Below are positions 10,188-20,465 of a stretch of DNA of 48,743 nucleotides, piece by piece (position 1 is the stretch's first letter; each line of letters begins with the position of its first letter). Position numbers and translations under genes: made by a program. This DNA is from Hyphomicrobiales bacterium (GTDB lineage: Bacteria; Pseudomonadota; Alphaproteobacteria; Rhizobiales; Aestuariivirgaceae). Under the pieces are notes generated by a model, which had not been told where the DNA came from, searched no databases, and saw nothing but the letters and a program-made list of their open reading frames with translations. The stretch is from the NCBI GenBank assembly GCA_031363045.1, contig JANLTS010000210.1, forward strand, positions 1-48,743. Direction: 5' to 3'.

Positions 10188-11189
10188 CTATTTGCGACGA
10201 CTGAAAGCGACGGCGAGTGCAACACCGACAATTAGGGCGGCACCGTTGACATAGTAGTTTATATACGGAGGGGCCCCGGCCAGATTGAGGCCGCTGTTCA
10301 GCGTTGCCAGAAAGTAGATCGCCACAATTGTTCCCGCCACATTGTAGCGGCCTGGTTGCAGAACGGCGGCGCTCAGAAATGCTGCCGCCAGGGCTGGAAG
10401 GGTAAAACTGTCACCCACACGCGGGTCAGCTCCGCCTGCGCGGGCGACCTGCAAAATTCCTGCGGCCCCCGCCAGCATCCCGGCCAGAACGAAACTTGTG
10501 CTCAGAACGAATTTTGTGCGGATGCCCACAAGTACGGCGGCAGAACGGTTTGAACCATAGGCGTAAAGCTGCCGTCCAAACGGGGTATGTTCAAGCAAAT
10601 ACCACGTGGCCATGCCCGCGAGGATCAGCGCGATAGCAAGCGTTGGCAAGCCATAGACGGTGCCGGTGCCGAACTGGATCAATTCACGCGGAATCCCACC
10701 CGAGATTGCGCGGCCACCGGTTTTTTGGCTAATGATCCCGGCAATGATAATCGACGTGCCAAGGGTCGTGATGACCGAGTTCACCCCAACAACGGTGATC
10801 AGAAAGGCATTCAGACCACCGATGACCAGACCAAGTCCAATTCCGATCACACAAGCGACTCCAATCGACCCACCGCCCGACAGATAGTCCGCGACAAAAA
10901 TCGACGACAGACCCGCGATAGCCCCGACTGAAAGGTCGAACTCTTCGCAGACCAGCGGAATAAGCGCCGCCAGAGCGACGATGGCAACGACGATATTCCC
11001 CGTAATTAATGTGCGGATATTGGCCTGCGAGGGAAAAGTCTCGGCAGTTGGCGTAAAGAACGAAAAGAAGATCGCAGCGGCAATAAGCAAGCCGACAAAC
11101 GCATATTTCTCTACTAGCCGACTGATGTCGGGTCTATGTATGAAAATTGTAGCTCTGCTCTGGCCGCTTTTCGGATCGGGTATGCTCAT
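10188..11189 (-). CDS. ABC transporter permease (RbsC/BPD_transp_2-like)
   Basis: Hydrophobic; FDLSVG, ITTLGT, TPFGRQLYAYGSNRSAA. Confidence 0.9.
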   Translation of the reverse strand: MSIPDPKSGQSRATIFIHRPDISRLVEKYAFVGLLIAAAIFFSFFTPTAETFPSQANIRTLITGNIVVAIVALAALIPLVCEEFDLSVGAIAGLSSIFVADYLSGGGSIGVACVIGIGLGLVIGGLNAFLITVVGVNSVITTLGTSIIIAGIISQKTGGRAISGGIPRELIQFGTGTVYGLPTLAIALILAGMATWYLLEHTPFGRQLYAYGSNRSAAVLVGIRTKFVLSTSFVLAGMLAGAAGILQVARAGGADPRVGDSFTLPALAAAFLSAAVLQPGRYNVAGTIVAIYFLATLNSGLNLAGAPPYINYYVNGAALIVGVALAVAFSRRK

Positions 11190-11222
11190 AACCTTTGATT
11201 CCTTTTGGTAATGGCCGCGGCC

Positions 11223-12770
11223 TTAGGCATTGGCCATCATATTAAGGTTCTCGACAGTGACTTGATCGCCGATCACCTCGCCGATCAGAGCACCGTTACG
11301 CATTATGACGACGCGGTCGCAATGCGATACCAGTTCTTCAAAATCAGATGAAACGACGATTGCGGCTGAACCGGCAGCCACGGCGCGGTCAATCAGGTGA
11401 TAGATTTCAGCGCGCGCACCAACATCGACACCTTGGGTCGGTTCATCGAGCAGCAAAAGGCTTGGCTTCAGGCGCATCCATCGCGCCAGAACCACTTTTT
11501 GCTGGTTTCCGCCCGAAAGCGATGTGATCGCTGCGTCCGGCCCCGCAGCCTTGATAAGGAATTCATCAATCAAACGGGACATTTCCGCCAGTTCCGCAAA
11601 CTTACGCAGCCGCCAGCCATTCCAGAACCGGCCAAATCCTGAAATTGCCGAATTGTCGGCGATGCTGAGTTTTCCAAACAGTGCATCGGCGACTCGGTCT
11701 TCGGGCACATAGGCAATGCCCGCCCTTACGGCATCGGAAATCCCGTTCAGCGTGATAGACTGCCCCCTGATATGCATTGTGCCCGAAACTGCGGAAAAGC
11801 CGCCGAATAGGCCTTTGAGAAAACGCGTACGACCCGATCCGATCAGACCGGCAATTCCGACGACTTCGCCTTCCATCACGTGCAAACTGACAGGCTGCAG
11901 ATTTTTGACCTGATACCGGTCAAGTGCAAGCAGAGTCTGGCCGGTCGGGCGCGGCTCTGGCTTGCGCGCAAGTGAAACTGCTTTACCCATCATGTGTTCG
12001 ATAAGGTGATCTGGCGTTATCCGCCGAGGATCAAGGGTTGCGACATGCCGCCCGTTACGCAACACCGTTGCGGCATCGGCGATTGCAAAGACTTCTTCCA
12101 GCCGGTGGGTCACATAGATGATCGCTTGACCGGCAGCCGCATAGCTGCGCAGTGCGTCAAGCAAAAGATCAACTTCGGTAGTGGGCAACGACGCTGTTGG
12201 TTCATCCAGAACCAGAACCGCATCACCTGCGCCGTCGATGTCCTGCAAAGCACGTGCAATTTCGACCATCTTTTTTTTGGCAGGGCTTATATCAGAGATC
12301 CGGTCATCTGGATTGGCCGCGATACCGTAGTGTTCAAGCAATGACACTGTGCGGGCTCTTTGACGTTTCCAGTCAATTTGGCCTGTGCGTCCGGTAATGA
12401 ACCCAGATCCCAGCGCCATGTTTTCGATGATCGACAATGATGGAAATGTCGCATTCTGCTGGTGGACAAAGCGCATCCCCAACTGATGCACGTTTGCAGG
12501 GCGGACAAGCCGGGCATCCAGTGTGCGCCCGGCCAGATCCAGTTGCCCCGAATCTGCGTGCTGAACGCCGGCAAAAACCTTGATTAGGGTCGACTTGCCG
12601 GCGCCGTTTCCCCCCAGAAGCGCGTGTATACTGCCGCGCTGCAACGAGAAATCGACCAGATCCAGCGCCTGTGTCGCGCCAAATGCTTTTGATATCCCCG
12701 TTGCACGCAAGATTGCTGCGTCTGACACTGCTGCGGTGTTTTCTGTCAGTCGTAGTATGGCTTGCGTCAT
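11223..12770 (-). CDS. Sugar ABC transporter ATP-binding protein (RbsA-like, two NBDs)
   Basis: GGNGAGKST, LDEPT twice, LSGGNQQK, GVDVGAR. Start at MTQAIL (12770), not the ORF-track start inside the upstream gene. Confidence 0.92.
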   Translation of the reverse strand: MTQAILRLTENTAAVSDAAILRATGISKAFGATQALDLVDFSLQRGSIHALLGGNGAGKSTLIKVFAGVQHADSGQLDLAGRTLDARLVRPANVHQLGMRFVHQQNATFPSLSIIENMALGSGFITGRTGQIDWKRQRARTVSLLEHYGIAANPDDRISDISPAKKKMVEIARALQDIDGAGDAVLVLDEPTASLPTTEVDLLLDALRSYAAAGQAIIYVTHRLEEVFAIADAATVLRNGRHVATLDPRRITPDHLIEHMMGKAVSLARKPEPRPTGQTLLALDRYQVKNLQPVSLHVMEGEVVGIAGLIGSGRTRFLKGLFGGFSAVSGTMHIRGQSITLNGISDAVRAGIAYVPEDRVADALFGKLSIADNSAISGFGRFWNGWRLRKFAELAEMSRLIDEFLIKAAGPDAAITSLSGGNQQKVVLARWMRLKPSLLLLDEPTQGVDVGARAEIYHLIDRAVAAGSAAIVVSSDFEELVSHCDRVVIMRNGALIGEVIGDQVTVENLNMMANA

Positions 12771-12777
12771 TGCGTGG

Positions 12778-13575
12778 CTACTCTTTTGTCTGGAGCGTCT
12801 CAGATGTCTTGAATTCCTTTGCGGTAAAGGTCTTGAGAACCTTTCCATAGGGAAGATCAGCGTTGAACCGGGCATAGCGGCAGGCGCCCATGGCAACAAT
12901 CGGCATCGAGGCATCTGATTTCGTGCCAAATTCTATCGAGCCGGGCCCCATGTAAACCTCGGCTCGGCCGTCGCTGCCGATCAATGGTTTGGCAGTGAAT
13001 TCAACTGAAACCAACTGAGCCAGTGCAGGAATGTCGCCGCCTTCTGCATCGGGGCAGATGCGCAGGCAGACCAGCGGCAGCGCGCCAAAGGCGTCCGCAC
13101 CCTGATTTTCGCTGGGCTGCATGACTGCCCGCAAAGCGTTATCACCCGGCAAGACATCCATGATGACCTCGACTGTCCCATTGCCATGTGACGTGACCGA
13201 GATGCGGTCTGCCCGCTTTTTGCCAAAGCCATAGACTTCGCGTCCGACAATCTGCGAATTCTCGCCGGTCACATAGACCGCAGGGCAATAGCCGTAAAGT
13301 ACCCCTTTGTAGGTACACAGAATGGCTGTGTAAATCTCGGAGTAGGGACCCAGGGTTGTGCGATGGTTGGTTTCCATCACAATAAACCCGGCGGCTGGTT
13401 CGACCAGTTCCAGATCGTCGGGCAGGACGCTCAGCGCCCATGCTTCGTCCACGAGAAACTCCATGACCACCGCTTCGGTATCGCGGTAATACCATGGACC
13501 CTTTTGCGACAGCGGGCTGTGCGCGGGCATGATCGGACCCCAATCCTGCGGTCTCAGTTTGCCTTTCTTGGCCAT
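12778..13575 (-). CDS. Acetoacetate decarboxylase-like superfamily protein
   Basis: GPWYY, GPYSE, and GREVYGFGKK carrying the Schiff-base Lys motif. Confidence 0.8.
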   Translation of the reverse strand: MAKKGKLRPQDWGPIMPAHSPLSQKGPWYYRDTEAVVMEFLVDEAWALSVLPDDLELVEPAAGFIVMETNHRTTLGPYSEIYTAILCTYKGVLYGYCPAVYVTGENSQIVGREVYGFGKKRADRISVTSHGNGTVEVIMDVLPGDNALRAVMQPSENQGADAFGALPLVCLRICPDAEGGDIPALAQLVSVEFTAKPLIGSDGRAEVYMGPGSIEFGTKSDASMPIVAMGACRYARFNADLPYGKVLKTFTAKEFKTSETLQTKE

Positions 13576-13603
13576 TTAGGCCTCCTTTCTGTAGGTCTGA
13601 AAA

Positions 13604-15028
13604 TTATGGTGCAGGAGTGAACACAGCGTCGGCAAACGCCTGCGCCATGGCGCCGAACGGTGGGCGGATCGCGTGCATAAGCGGATCATCATCGGCGCAT
13701 ACGAACACCGATTTGGTGTGCGAAAAGTTCGCAAATCCCTGCTCGCCGCTGTGGCAGCCGCTGCCGCTTGCGCCGACACCGCCGAACGGAATCGATGGAT
13801 CCGCGCCCTGAAAGCCAAAGACGTTGACACCGCAGCCACCGCTTTTGACTTCCATCGCATAACGATCGGCCAGTGCCGTATCGCGCGTCACGATATATGC
13901 GGCCAGCGGCGAAGGGCCGGCATTGATCAGGTTGATAGCAGCATCAATGCTGTCATAACCGATGACGGAGGTAAGAGGGCCGAACACTTCGTCCTGCATG
14001 CAGCCCAGTTCCTTGCCTGGATTGATAGCCACCAACATCGGGATCTGACGGGTAACCGGATCGGGTTTGTCGCCGTTCAGACTGACCACTTTGATACCGG
14101 CTTTTTCACAGTCTGCGACATAACCAAGGACGCGGTTGTAATGATAGTCGTTGATTGCACCTGTTGCATCGGGATGGCCAACGTAGGCGGGATAGAGCTT
14201 TGTCCAAGCTTTCTGCGCCGCAGCAACCCATTCTTCTTCACGGCCCTTCGGGACCAGAACATAGTCGGGTGAGGTGCAGACCTGGCCACCCTTGAAGACG
14301 CGGAAGTACAAGAAACGTTCTAGCAACACGTCTTCAAACCCATCTGCCGCAAAGAGGGTCGGGTTTTTGCCGCCAAGTTCCAGAGTAAGCGGCGTTAGGT
14401 TTTTGGCTGCGGCCTGTGCAACCAGCGTGCCGATCTTGCCACTGCCGGTAAAGCACAGGTGATCCCACTTGATCTCGGCAAACTTTTGCGCCGTCTCGAC
14501 CCCACCGCATACGACGGCAAGCACATCTTCGGAAAAATGTTTGGCAACGCCGGCCCGCAGGACTTCGGCAATGGTTGGGGCCATTTCTGAGGTCTTGACC
14601 ATGACCCGGTTTCCGGCGGCCAGCATGTCAGCCACCATCACGAGCGCTGATTCAACCGGAAAATTCCACGGTGCGATGTTGCCGACCACGCCAAGCGGCT
14701 GGCGGATCACCCTGGCAATTGATGTTCCATGAACCTCAGGGATCAGCGGCTGATCCTTTGGCTTCATCCATTCGCTCAGCATATATTGAATGTACCGGCT
14801 ACGCGCGATGACGCCGCCGCTTTCAAACAGGTCAGTCACGAGATCATGATGCTGGTTGAAATCAGCGTGCAATGCCGCCCGGATTGTGTGGCGGTTTTCA
14901 ATCAGCATGGCGTCAAGGGTGCGCAGCCGTGCAAGCCGCACCTCAAGACTCGGCGTGCGATCTTTCGCAAAAGCCGCCTTTTGCAGGGCGAATATCCGAT
15001 CTATTTCCGCATTTTTTGTAACGGTCAT
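13604..15028 (-). CDS. Aldehyde dehydrogenase (coniferyl-aldehyde DH/ALDH3-like)
   Basis: PWNFP, FTGS, LELGGKNP, GQVCTSPDY (catalytic Cys), EVFGP, PFGGVGASG. Confidence 0.9.
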   Translation of the reverse strand: MTVTKNAEIDRIFALQKAAFAKDRTPSLEVRLARLRTLDAMLIENRHTIRAALHADFNQHHDLVTDLFESGGVIARSRYIQYMLSEWMKPKDQPLIPEVHGTSIARVIRQPLGVVGNIAPWNFPVESALVMVADMLAAGNRVMVKTSEMAPTIAEVLRAGVAKHFSEDVLAVVCGGVETAQKFAEIKWDHLCFTGSGKIGTLVAQAAAKNLTPLTLELGGKNPTLFAADGFEDVLLERFLYFRVFKGGQVCTSPDYVLVPKGREEEWVAAAQKAWTKLYPAYVGHPDATGAINDYHYNRVLGYVADCEKAGIKVVSLNGDKPDPVTRQIPMLVAINPGKELGCMQDEVFGPLTSVIGYDSIDAAINLINAGPSPLAAYIVTRDTALADRYAMEVKSGGCGVNVFGFQGADPSIPFGGVGASGSGCHSGEQGFANFSHTKSVFVCADDDPLMHAIRPPFGAMAQAFADAVFTPAP

Positions 15029-15052
15029 TGGCTGTCTCCTGTTGTTAATGAT

Positions 15053-16456
15053 TTAGATTTCCAGTCCCAATGCATGGCGCGGAGTGCTTAGCCGGTCCCC
15101 GGTCAGGTCATAGCGCGTGATCGCGCGTTCGATCGTGGTTAGCATCTGGCCGATCTCTGCGTCTGTATGGGCAAACGACAGATAGATGTGGTTCGACGAA
15201 GGAAGTGTCAGCAATTCCCCCTCGTTCAGGATGGCCAGCAGCAGCAATTCACGCGCGCTGTCATTCGCCATCTTGGTGTCGGCAAGGCCTGTCGGGGCCG
15301 CGCCGATGAACAGTTGTAGCATCGGCCCAACCATGTTGACCGTGTTGGCAATTCCATGCCGCGTAAAGATGCTGCGCATACCGTCCGCCAGCGTGACGGT
15401 GCGCGCAGCTAGTTCGGCATAGCCTTGTACGCCGATCCGTTCGTATTCGCGCAAGGCGGCCACGGCCGCCGCCAAGGCAAACGTCCCGTCATTAGAGGTA
15501 CCAGACTGAAAAACCCGCGCGCCTCTGGCCGCATAGGGGTCAACCACCGCCATCACGTCAGCCCTGCCTGCGACGGCGGAGAGTTTTTCACCAGCGGCAA
15601 GGGCTTTGCCAAGTGTAACCAGATCCGGCGTCACGCCGAAATACTGCTGAGCACCGCCGGGGGCGAGCCTGAAGCCAGTAATCACCTCATCAAAAATCAG
15701 CAATATACCGGCTTCACGGGTCATTTCACGAAGGCCAACCAGATACTCAGTTTTTGCGCCCCACAGACCACCGGCATGCATTGAAGGGTCCAATATAAAT
15801 GCGGCAATATCATCGCGCGCAGCGATAGTATCTTTGACGGCCTCCAGGTTATTGAACGGCAACAGCAGCGTGTCTACGGTCGCGCTTGCTGGAACACCCT
15901 CGCTGAACACACCCGATTCAGACCCCACGCCCGCCATGAACTGATCCATCTGACCGTGGTAATGACCGGCAAATTTCACGATCTTGGACTTGCCGGTAAA
16001 GGCACGGGCGTAGCGTACCGCGCTCAGCACTGCTTCGGTTCCGGTGTTCAGAAACCGTACCCGCTCGGCACAGGGTACCATCCGCTGGACAGCCTCTGCA
16101 GCCATAGTGGCTAGCTCGGGATTGACCACAAGCGATCCGGTGGACCAATGCTTTTCTATCTCAGCCTCAACAGATGGATGCCGGTGGCCAAGCATTGTGG
16201 GGCCGTTGCTCATGAACATGTCGATATAGCTGCGACCGTCAATGTCGGTCATCCTCGGGCCTTGTCCGGCTGCGAAGTACAGCGGATAGGGGCGGAAAAA
16301 ACGCAGGTTTCCCGTCGTGCCGCCTGTCAGCGACTGGCGACTGCGCTTAAACGCGGAAAAAGAGGCTGCTGACTTGGCGACATAGTCTACCACGACCGGA
16401 AAGGCCGTTGAGGACGGAGCGGCCAGAATGCGGTCGTGCGCAAGTTGGATTGTCAA
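15053..16456 (-). CDS. Class III PLP aminotransferase (GSA-aminomutase-like)
   Basis: DIDGRSYID, GTEA, YHG, FDEVITGFR, TLGKAL (PLP Lys). Start set at TTG 16456 (AGGA 8 nt upstream); the ORF-track start falls inside the operator. Confidence 0.88.
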   Translation of the reverse strand: MTIQLAHDRILAAPSSTAFPVVVDYVAKSAASFSAFKRSRQSLTGGTTGNLRFFRPYPLYFAAGQGPRMTDIDGRSYIDMFMSNGPTMLGHRHPSVEAEIEKHWSTGSLVVNPELATMAAEAVQRMVPCAERVRFLNTGTEAVLSAVRYARAFTGKSKIVKFAGHYHGQMDQFMAGVGSESGVFSEGVPASATVDTLLLPFNNLEAVKDTIAARDDIAAFILDPSMHAGGLWGAKTEYLVGLREMTREAGILLIFDEVITGFRLAPGGAQQYFGVTPDLVTLGKALAAGEKLSAVAGRADVMAVVDPYAARGARVFQSGTSNDGTFALAAAVAALREYERIGVQGYAELAARTVTLADGMRSIFTRHGIANTVNMVGPMLQLFIGAAPTGLADTKMANDSARELLLLAILNEGELLTLPSSNHIYLSFAHTDAEIGQMLTTIERAITRYDLTGDRLSTPRHALGLEI

Positions 16457-16478
16457 GGATTCTGTCCTGCAGAAAAAC

Positions 16479-16530
16479 TCGGCCACTGGCCTATTGTAGC
16501 AATCTAGGTCAGTGGCCTAAACTGAGTCAA
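16479..16530 (-). promoter_or_regulatory. Promoter with two putative TetR operators
   Basis: Operators at 16479-16493 (TCGGCCACTGGCCTA) and 16505-16519 (TAGGTCAGTGGCCTA); minus-strand TTGACT at 16530-16525 followed by N18 and TAGATT. Confidence 0.7.
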
Positions 16531-16741
16531 CAGCAAAATTGCAGGTTAGGTTCATCAGGATCGACCCGGTCCTGCGGGTCTGGCGCATCCGGTGTATTAG
16601 GGCGTGTCTTGAACCGGTTCTGCGGGGCGGATCGTCACGACAAACCGCCAGAAGAGATTGATAAACTCAGATGGGCGGGCTAGGAGATGGAGCCGTCCCG
16701 CCGCTGGGACTCGGGATGTGGCAAGCAGAAAGCACACGGCA

Positions 16742-17404
16742 ATGGACAAGCAATCGACGCCCTCAAAAGGCAAGGCTGCGGACGAGGAATTCGACCTCAA
16801 AGATGCAGTGCTTGGTGAAAAAGGCGCACGCCGCAGACAGGAAATTGTGGCATTGGCGGCCTCGTCTGTCCTCAAGGATGGTGTCGGCAGGCTTTCGTTG
16901 CGGGACGTTGCTTCACGATTGGGGATCACTCACAGCAATCTTCAATATTACTTTCCGAAAAAGACCGACCTTCTGTTGGCAATCTTCGATGAGGCGTTGA
17001 AACGATATACGGATGGTTTGCTTCTGGCAGTTATCCATGCGAACTCTCCCGAAGAAAGGGTTCGTGCCATCATTTCTTCGGGACTGGTCGCTTTGGCGCA
17101 GCCAGAGACATCGCTCTGGCGGATGGCGATCTCGATGTCAGATCATGACACGCAGATGGCTCATATTCTGCGCACCGAGAATGCCATTTACCGTGATGTC
17201 GTGGCCGAACAGATCGGCGCCGCCTGGCCAAAAACGACGCAAGACCAGCGCGCAAAAATATCCCGCACAATTCAGGCCTTGATGGATGGCACGGCAATCC
17301 AGCAAAGCCTCGAAGACTGGTCGGAAGCCCAGACTTTGGCGCTCGAACCTATTTACACAAGGTCTATCCTGGCGCTTGTCGATCAATCCGGGGGGCAAGG
17401 CTGA
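16742..17404 (+). CDS. TetR/AcrR family transcriptional regulator
   Basis: HTH RRQEIV..A...G...LSLRDVASRLGITHSNLQYYFPKKTDLL. Start at MDKQ (16742). Confidence 0.92.
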   Translation: MDKQSTPSKGKAADEEFDLKDAVLGEKGARRRQEIVALAASSVLKDGVGRLSLRDVASRLGITHSNLQYYFPKKTDLLLAIFDEALKRYTDGLLLAVIHANSPEERVRAIISSGLVALAQPETSLWRMAISMSDHDTQMAHILRTENAIYRDVVAEQIGAAWPKTTQDQRAKISRTIQALMDGTAIQQSLEDWSEAQTLALEPIYTRSILALVDQSGGQG

Positions 17405-17424
17405 CGCACAGCCTTGCCAAACAG

Positions 17425-18618
17425 TCAAAGCCGCTCGATCACAAGAGCAATGCCCTGACCCCCGCCTATGCACAGGGTCATCAGCCCGTAGCGACCGCTA
17501 GTTCGGATTAGTTCGTAAATGCATTTGGTTGTGATGATGGCACCAGTCGCTCCCACAGGGTGCCCAAGGGCAACGGCCCCACCATGCACATTCGTCTTGT
17601 CTGCCGGAAAACCAAGTTGCTGAGCAACGGCACAAGCTTGCCCTGCAAAGGCTTCGTTCGACTCAATGTTATCGATGTCTGAAACCGCGAGTCCGGCGCG
17701 CTGCAACGCGAGTTTCACGGCCGGCACAGGACCGATACCCATGATCGATGGGTCAACGCCGACTCTTGCATAAGAAACCACACGTGCCAAAGGCGTTTTT
17801 CCATTGGCACGCGCCCAGTCCGCCGATGCCAGAACCACCGCCGCAGCGCCGTCATTAAGACCAGAGGCGTTGCCGGGTGTCACCGTGCCGCCGTCCTTCT
17901 TGAACGCCGGGTTTAGGCTTGCCAGGCTGGCGAGTGTTACATCACTACGCGGGTGTTCGTCTGTATCAAAGACACTTGTGCCCTTGCGTGATTTGATTTC
18001 CACCGGGACAATCTGATCCTTGAAATAGCCTTGTGTGATAGCGTTGATCGCCCGGCGATGGCTTTCAGCGGCAAAACTATCCTGTTGTTCGCGAGACACT
18101 CCGAACTTCGCGGCAACGTTTTCCGCCGTCATACCCATGTGTCCCGCACCGAACGGGTCGTGCAGCGCCGCCATCATGTCGTCTTCAAGCTCGATGGACC
18201 CCATCCGAACCCCGAAACGCGGCATTGAACTAGAATGTGTGGCTCGGCTCATGCTTTCAACTCCACCCGCCACCGCCACAGAGGTTTCGCGAAGCTGGAT
18301 TTGCTGTGCTGCGGCGATGATAGCCTCCAGGCCTGATCCACACAGCCGATTTACTGTCACCGCGTGGGCTTCGACGGGCATCCCTGCGTCCATCGCACAC
18401 ATCCGGGCGATGTAGGCATCCATTGATCTGGTGCGCAGAACACTTCCGATCACCGCAGACTGGACCTGCGTCGCCTGAACCCCGGCCCGAGCCAGTGCCG
18501 CTTTTATGACCAACCCCCCCAGCTTTTCCGGCGCCACGTCTTTGAGCGAACCGCCATAGCGTCCAACCGCCGTGCGTGCGGCGCCCAGAAAAACTACGTC
18601 TTGGATGGAAGATGTCAT
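17425..18618 (-). CDS. Acetyl-CoA C-acyltransferase (beta-ketothiolase, BktB-like)
   Basis: [27 protein letters not shown]. Confidence 0.94.
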   Translation of the reverse strand: MTSSIQDVVFLGAARTAVGRYGGSLKDVAPEKLGGLVIKAALARAGVQATQVQSAVIGSVLRTRSMDAYIARMCAMDAGMPVEAHAVTVNRLCGSGLEAIIAAAQQIQLRETSVAVAGGVESMSRATHSSSMPRFGVRMGSIELEDDMMAALHDPFGAGHMGMTAENVAAKFGVSREQQDSFAAESHRRAINAITQGYFKDQIVPVEIKSRKGTSVFDTDEHPRSDVTLASLASLNPAFKKDGGTVTPGNASGLNDGAAAVVLASADWARANGKTPLARVVSYARVGVDPSIMGIGPVPAVKLALQRAGLAVSDIDNIESNEAFAGQACAVAQQLGFPADKTNVHGGAVALGHPVGATGAIITTKCIYELIRTSGRYGLMTLCIGGGQGIALVIERL

Positions 18619-18650
18619 GGCGGCTCCTGTTCATGGATTTTCAGGCGATA

Positions 18651-20444
18651 CTAGCCTGTAAACTGGCGGGGATCTAAGGGTTCGGCTGCAATGCTGTGTG
18701 TACAGATAGCATCGCATAGGCTGGAGGTTTCGGGCAGAAACGTTTCGGCAAAGAAACGCGCGATACCAATTTGGCCAGCCATATACTCGGCGTCACCGGC
18801 ACTGCGGCTATCGGCAGCGGCCTTTGCGCCCCGCGCCAGATAGAACCCACCAGCGACATTGCCGAACAGCTTCAGAAAGGGTGTTGCAACGGCATAGGCC
18901 CTTGCCGGACAGGACTGCTCGCACGCTAGAAGATAGTCAACAGATCTTGCCAGACTAGCTGCTGCGTGCCGCAGTTTGTCGCCGATGAAAGCGATGGGCT
19001 CAAGGTCGCTTTGACTTAGCATAACGGCGAGGGCAGTAATTTCGGTCTGGAAGTCCCGCATTGCGGCTCCGTCGTCGGCCAGCAGTTTGCGGCCCACGAG
19101 GTCTATTGCCTGAATTCCGTTGGTGCCTTCATAGATCGCCAGAATACGCGCATCGCGCATGTTTTGTGCAACACCGGTTTCTTCAATGAACCCCATTCCA
19201 CCGTGGATCTGAATGCACAATGAGGTAACCTCATTGGCGCGATCAGTGGACCAAGCCTTAGCAATCGGGGTTAGCAGGTTTTCCCGCGTTGCGGCCCAGA
19301 TACGCCGCCGTGGATCGGCGTCATACCGCGCTAGGTCGGCTGCTATCGCGGTGGCATAGCAGATAGCCCGCGCGGCGGAGGTCAGTGACTTCATCGTGTA
19401 TAGCATCCGGCGGACATCTGGGTGGTCAAGTATTGCCACCTGTTGCCCCGATTTCCGACCCGCTGCGTAGCCCTGCTTGCGGTCCTGGGCATAGGCGAGC
19501 GCTTGCTGGCAGGCGCGTTCTGAAATGCCGACACCCTGGACGCCGACATCAAGCCGGGCCGCGTTCATCATGATGAACATATTGGGCAGGCCTTGATTTT
19601 CGCCGCCAAGCAAAGTTCCGATACAAGCCCCGCTATCGCCAAAAGTCAGCACGGCGGTCGGGCTGGCATGAATACCCAGCTTCTCCTCAAGCCTTGTACA
19701 GCACACATCGTTGCGTCCGGACGGCAGGCCGTTCTGATCAAGGTGATACTTCGGGACCAGAAACATCGACACGCCCCGAACACCCGCAGGGGCATCGGGC
19801 AAGCGCGCCAGCACCAGATGGGCAATGTTTTCGGTCAGGTCATGGTCGCCAAAGGTGATGTAGATCTTCTGGCCGGAAATCAGGAATGTCCCATCCCCGA
19901 CCGGTTTCGCTGTTGCCCGGATTGCTGCAAGATCGGAACCGGCCTGTGGTTCGGTAAGGCACATTGTGCCTGTCCATTTTCCGGAAACCAGATGCGGCAG
20001 GTAGTGGCGCTTTTGCTGCTGCGTCCCAACCGCCAGAATGGCCTTTGCCGCACCCGTGGTCAGGTTGATGCAGGTCGAGAGTGCCAAAGTTCCAAACGCA
20101 ACTGCCTCGGCCACAACCAGCGCCAAAGTTGCAGGCAGCGCTTGCCCGCCTTCGGCCTCGGGAAAGGCCACACCTGCCCAGCCGCCTTCGGTGAATCGGT
20201 TATACGCATCGCGGAAACCGGGCGGCATTGTAACAACTCCGCCATCAAGTTGTGCGCCATAGCGATCCCCTGGCGTGTTCAGGGGTACAATCACTGAATC
20301 GGTAAACCTGCCCAGTTCCGTGAGGATCACGTCAACCAGCTCTTCAGAAAGCTGCGAAAATGCCGGCAACGCGCTGACCCGCGCAAAGTCTGTAGCACCG
20401 AACAAGCTTTGCCGAATGTCACGCAAGGGCAGTGCAAGTGTCAT
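18651..20444 (-). CDS. Acyl-CoA dehydrogenase (long ~600 aa type)
   Basis: GTMCLTEPQAGSDL, GQKIYITFGDHDLTENI, KLGIHASPT, IYEGTNGIQAIDL. Confidence 0.92.
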   Translation of the reverse strand: MTLALPLRDIRQSLFGATDFARVSALPAFSQLSEELVDVILTELGRFTDSVIVPLNTPGDRYGAQLDGGVVTMPPGFRDAYNRFTEGGWAGVAFPEAEGGQALPATLALVVAEAVAFGTLALSTCINLTTGAAKAILAVGTQQQKRHYLPHLVSGKWTGTMCLTEPQAGSDLAAIRATAKPVGDGTFLISGQKIYITFGDHDLTENIAHLVLARLPDAPAGVRGVSMFLVPKYHLDQNGLPSGRNDVCCTRLEEKLGIHASPTAVLTFGDSGACIGTLLGGENQGLPNMFIMMNAARLDVGVQGVGISERACQQALAYAQDRKQGYAAGRKSGQQVAILDHPDVRRMLYTMKSLTSAARAICYATAIAADLARYDADPRRRIWAATRENLLTPIAKAWSTDRANEVTSLCIQIHGGMGFIEETGVAQNMRDARILAIYEGTNGIQAIDLVGRKLLADDGAAMRDFQTEITALAVMLSQSDLEPIAFIGDKLRHAAASLARSVDYLLACEQSCPARAYAVATPFLKLFGNVAGGFYLARGAKAAADSRSAGDAEYMAGQIGIARFFAETFLPETSSLCDAICTHSIAAEPLDPRQFTG

Positions 20445-20465
20445 CAGAGTCTCCTGCAAAAGGGT

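Noticed and set aside
12771-12929. Long N-terminal extension of the ABC ATPase in the ORF track
   Set aside because: Overlaps the upstream ADC-like gene; ATG 12770 fits the operon spacing.
15053-16456. Calling the aminotransferase hemL
   Set aside because: Family similarity only; the context is catabolic, with no tetrapyrrole genes.
16597-16615. TTAGGGCGTGTCTTGAA resembling an IS terminus in the TetR upstream region
   Set aside because: No partner end or transposase remnant nearby.
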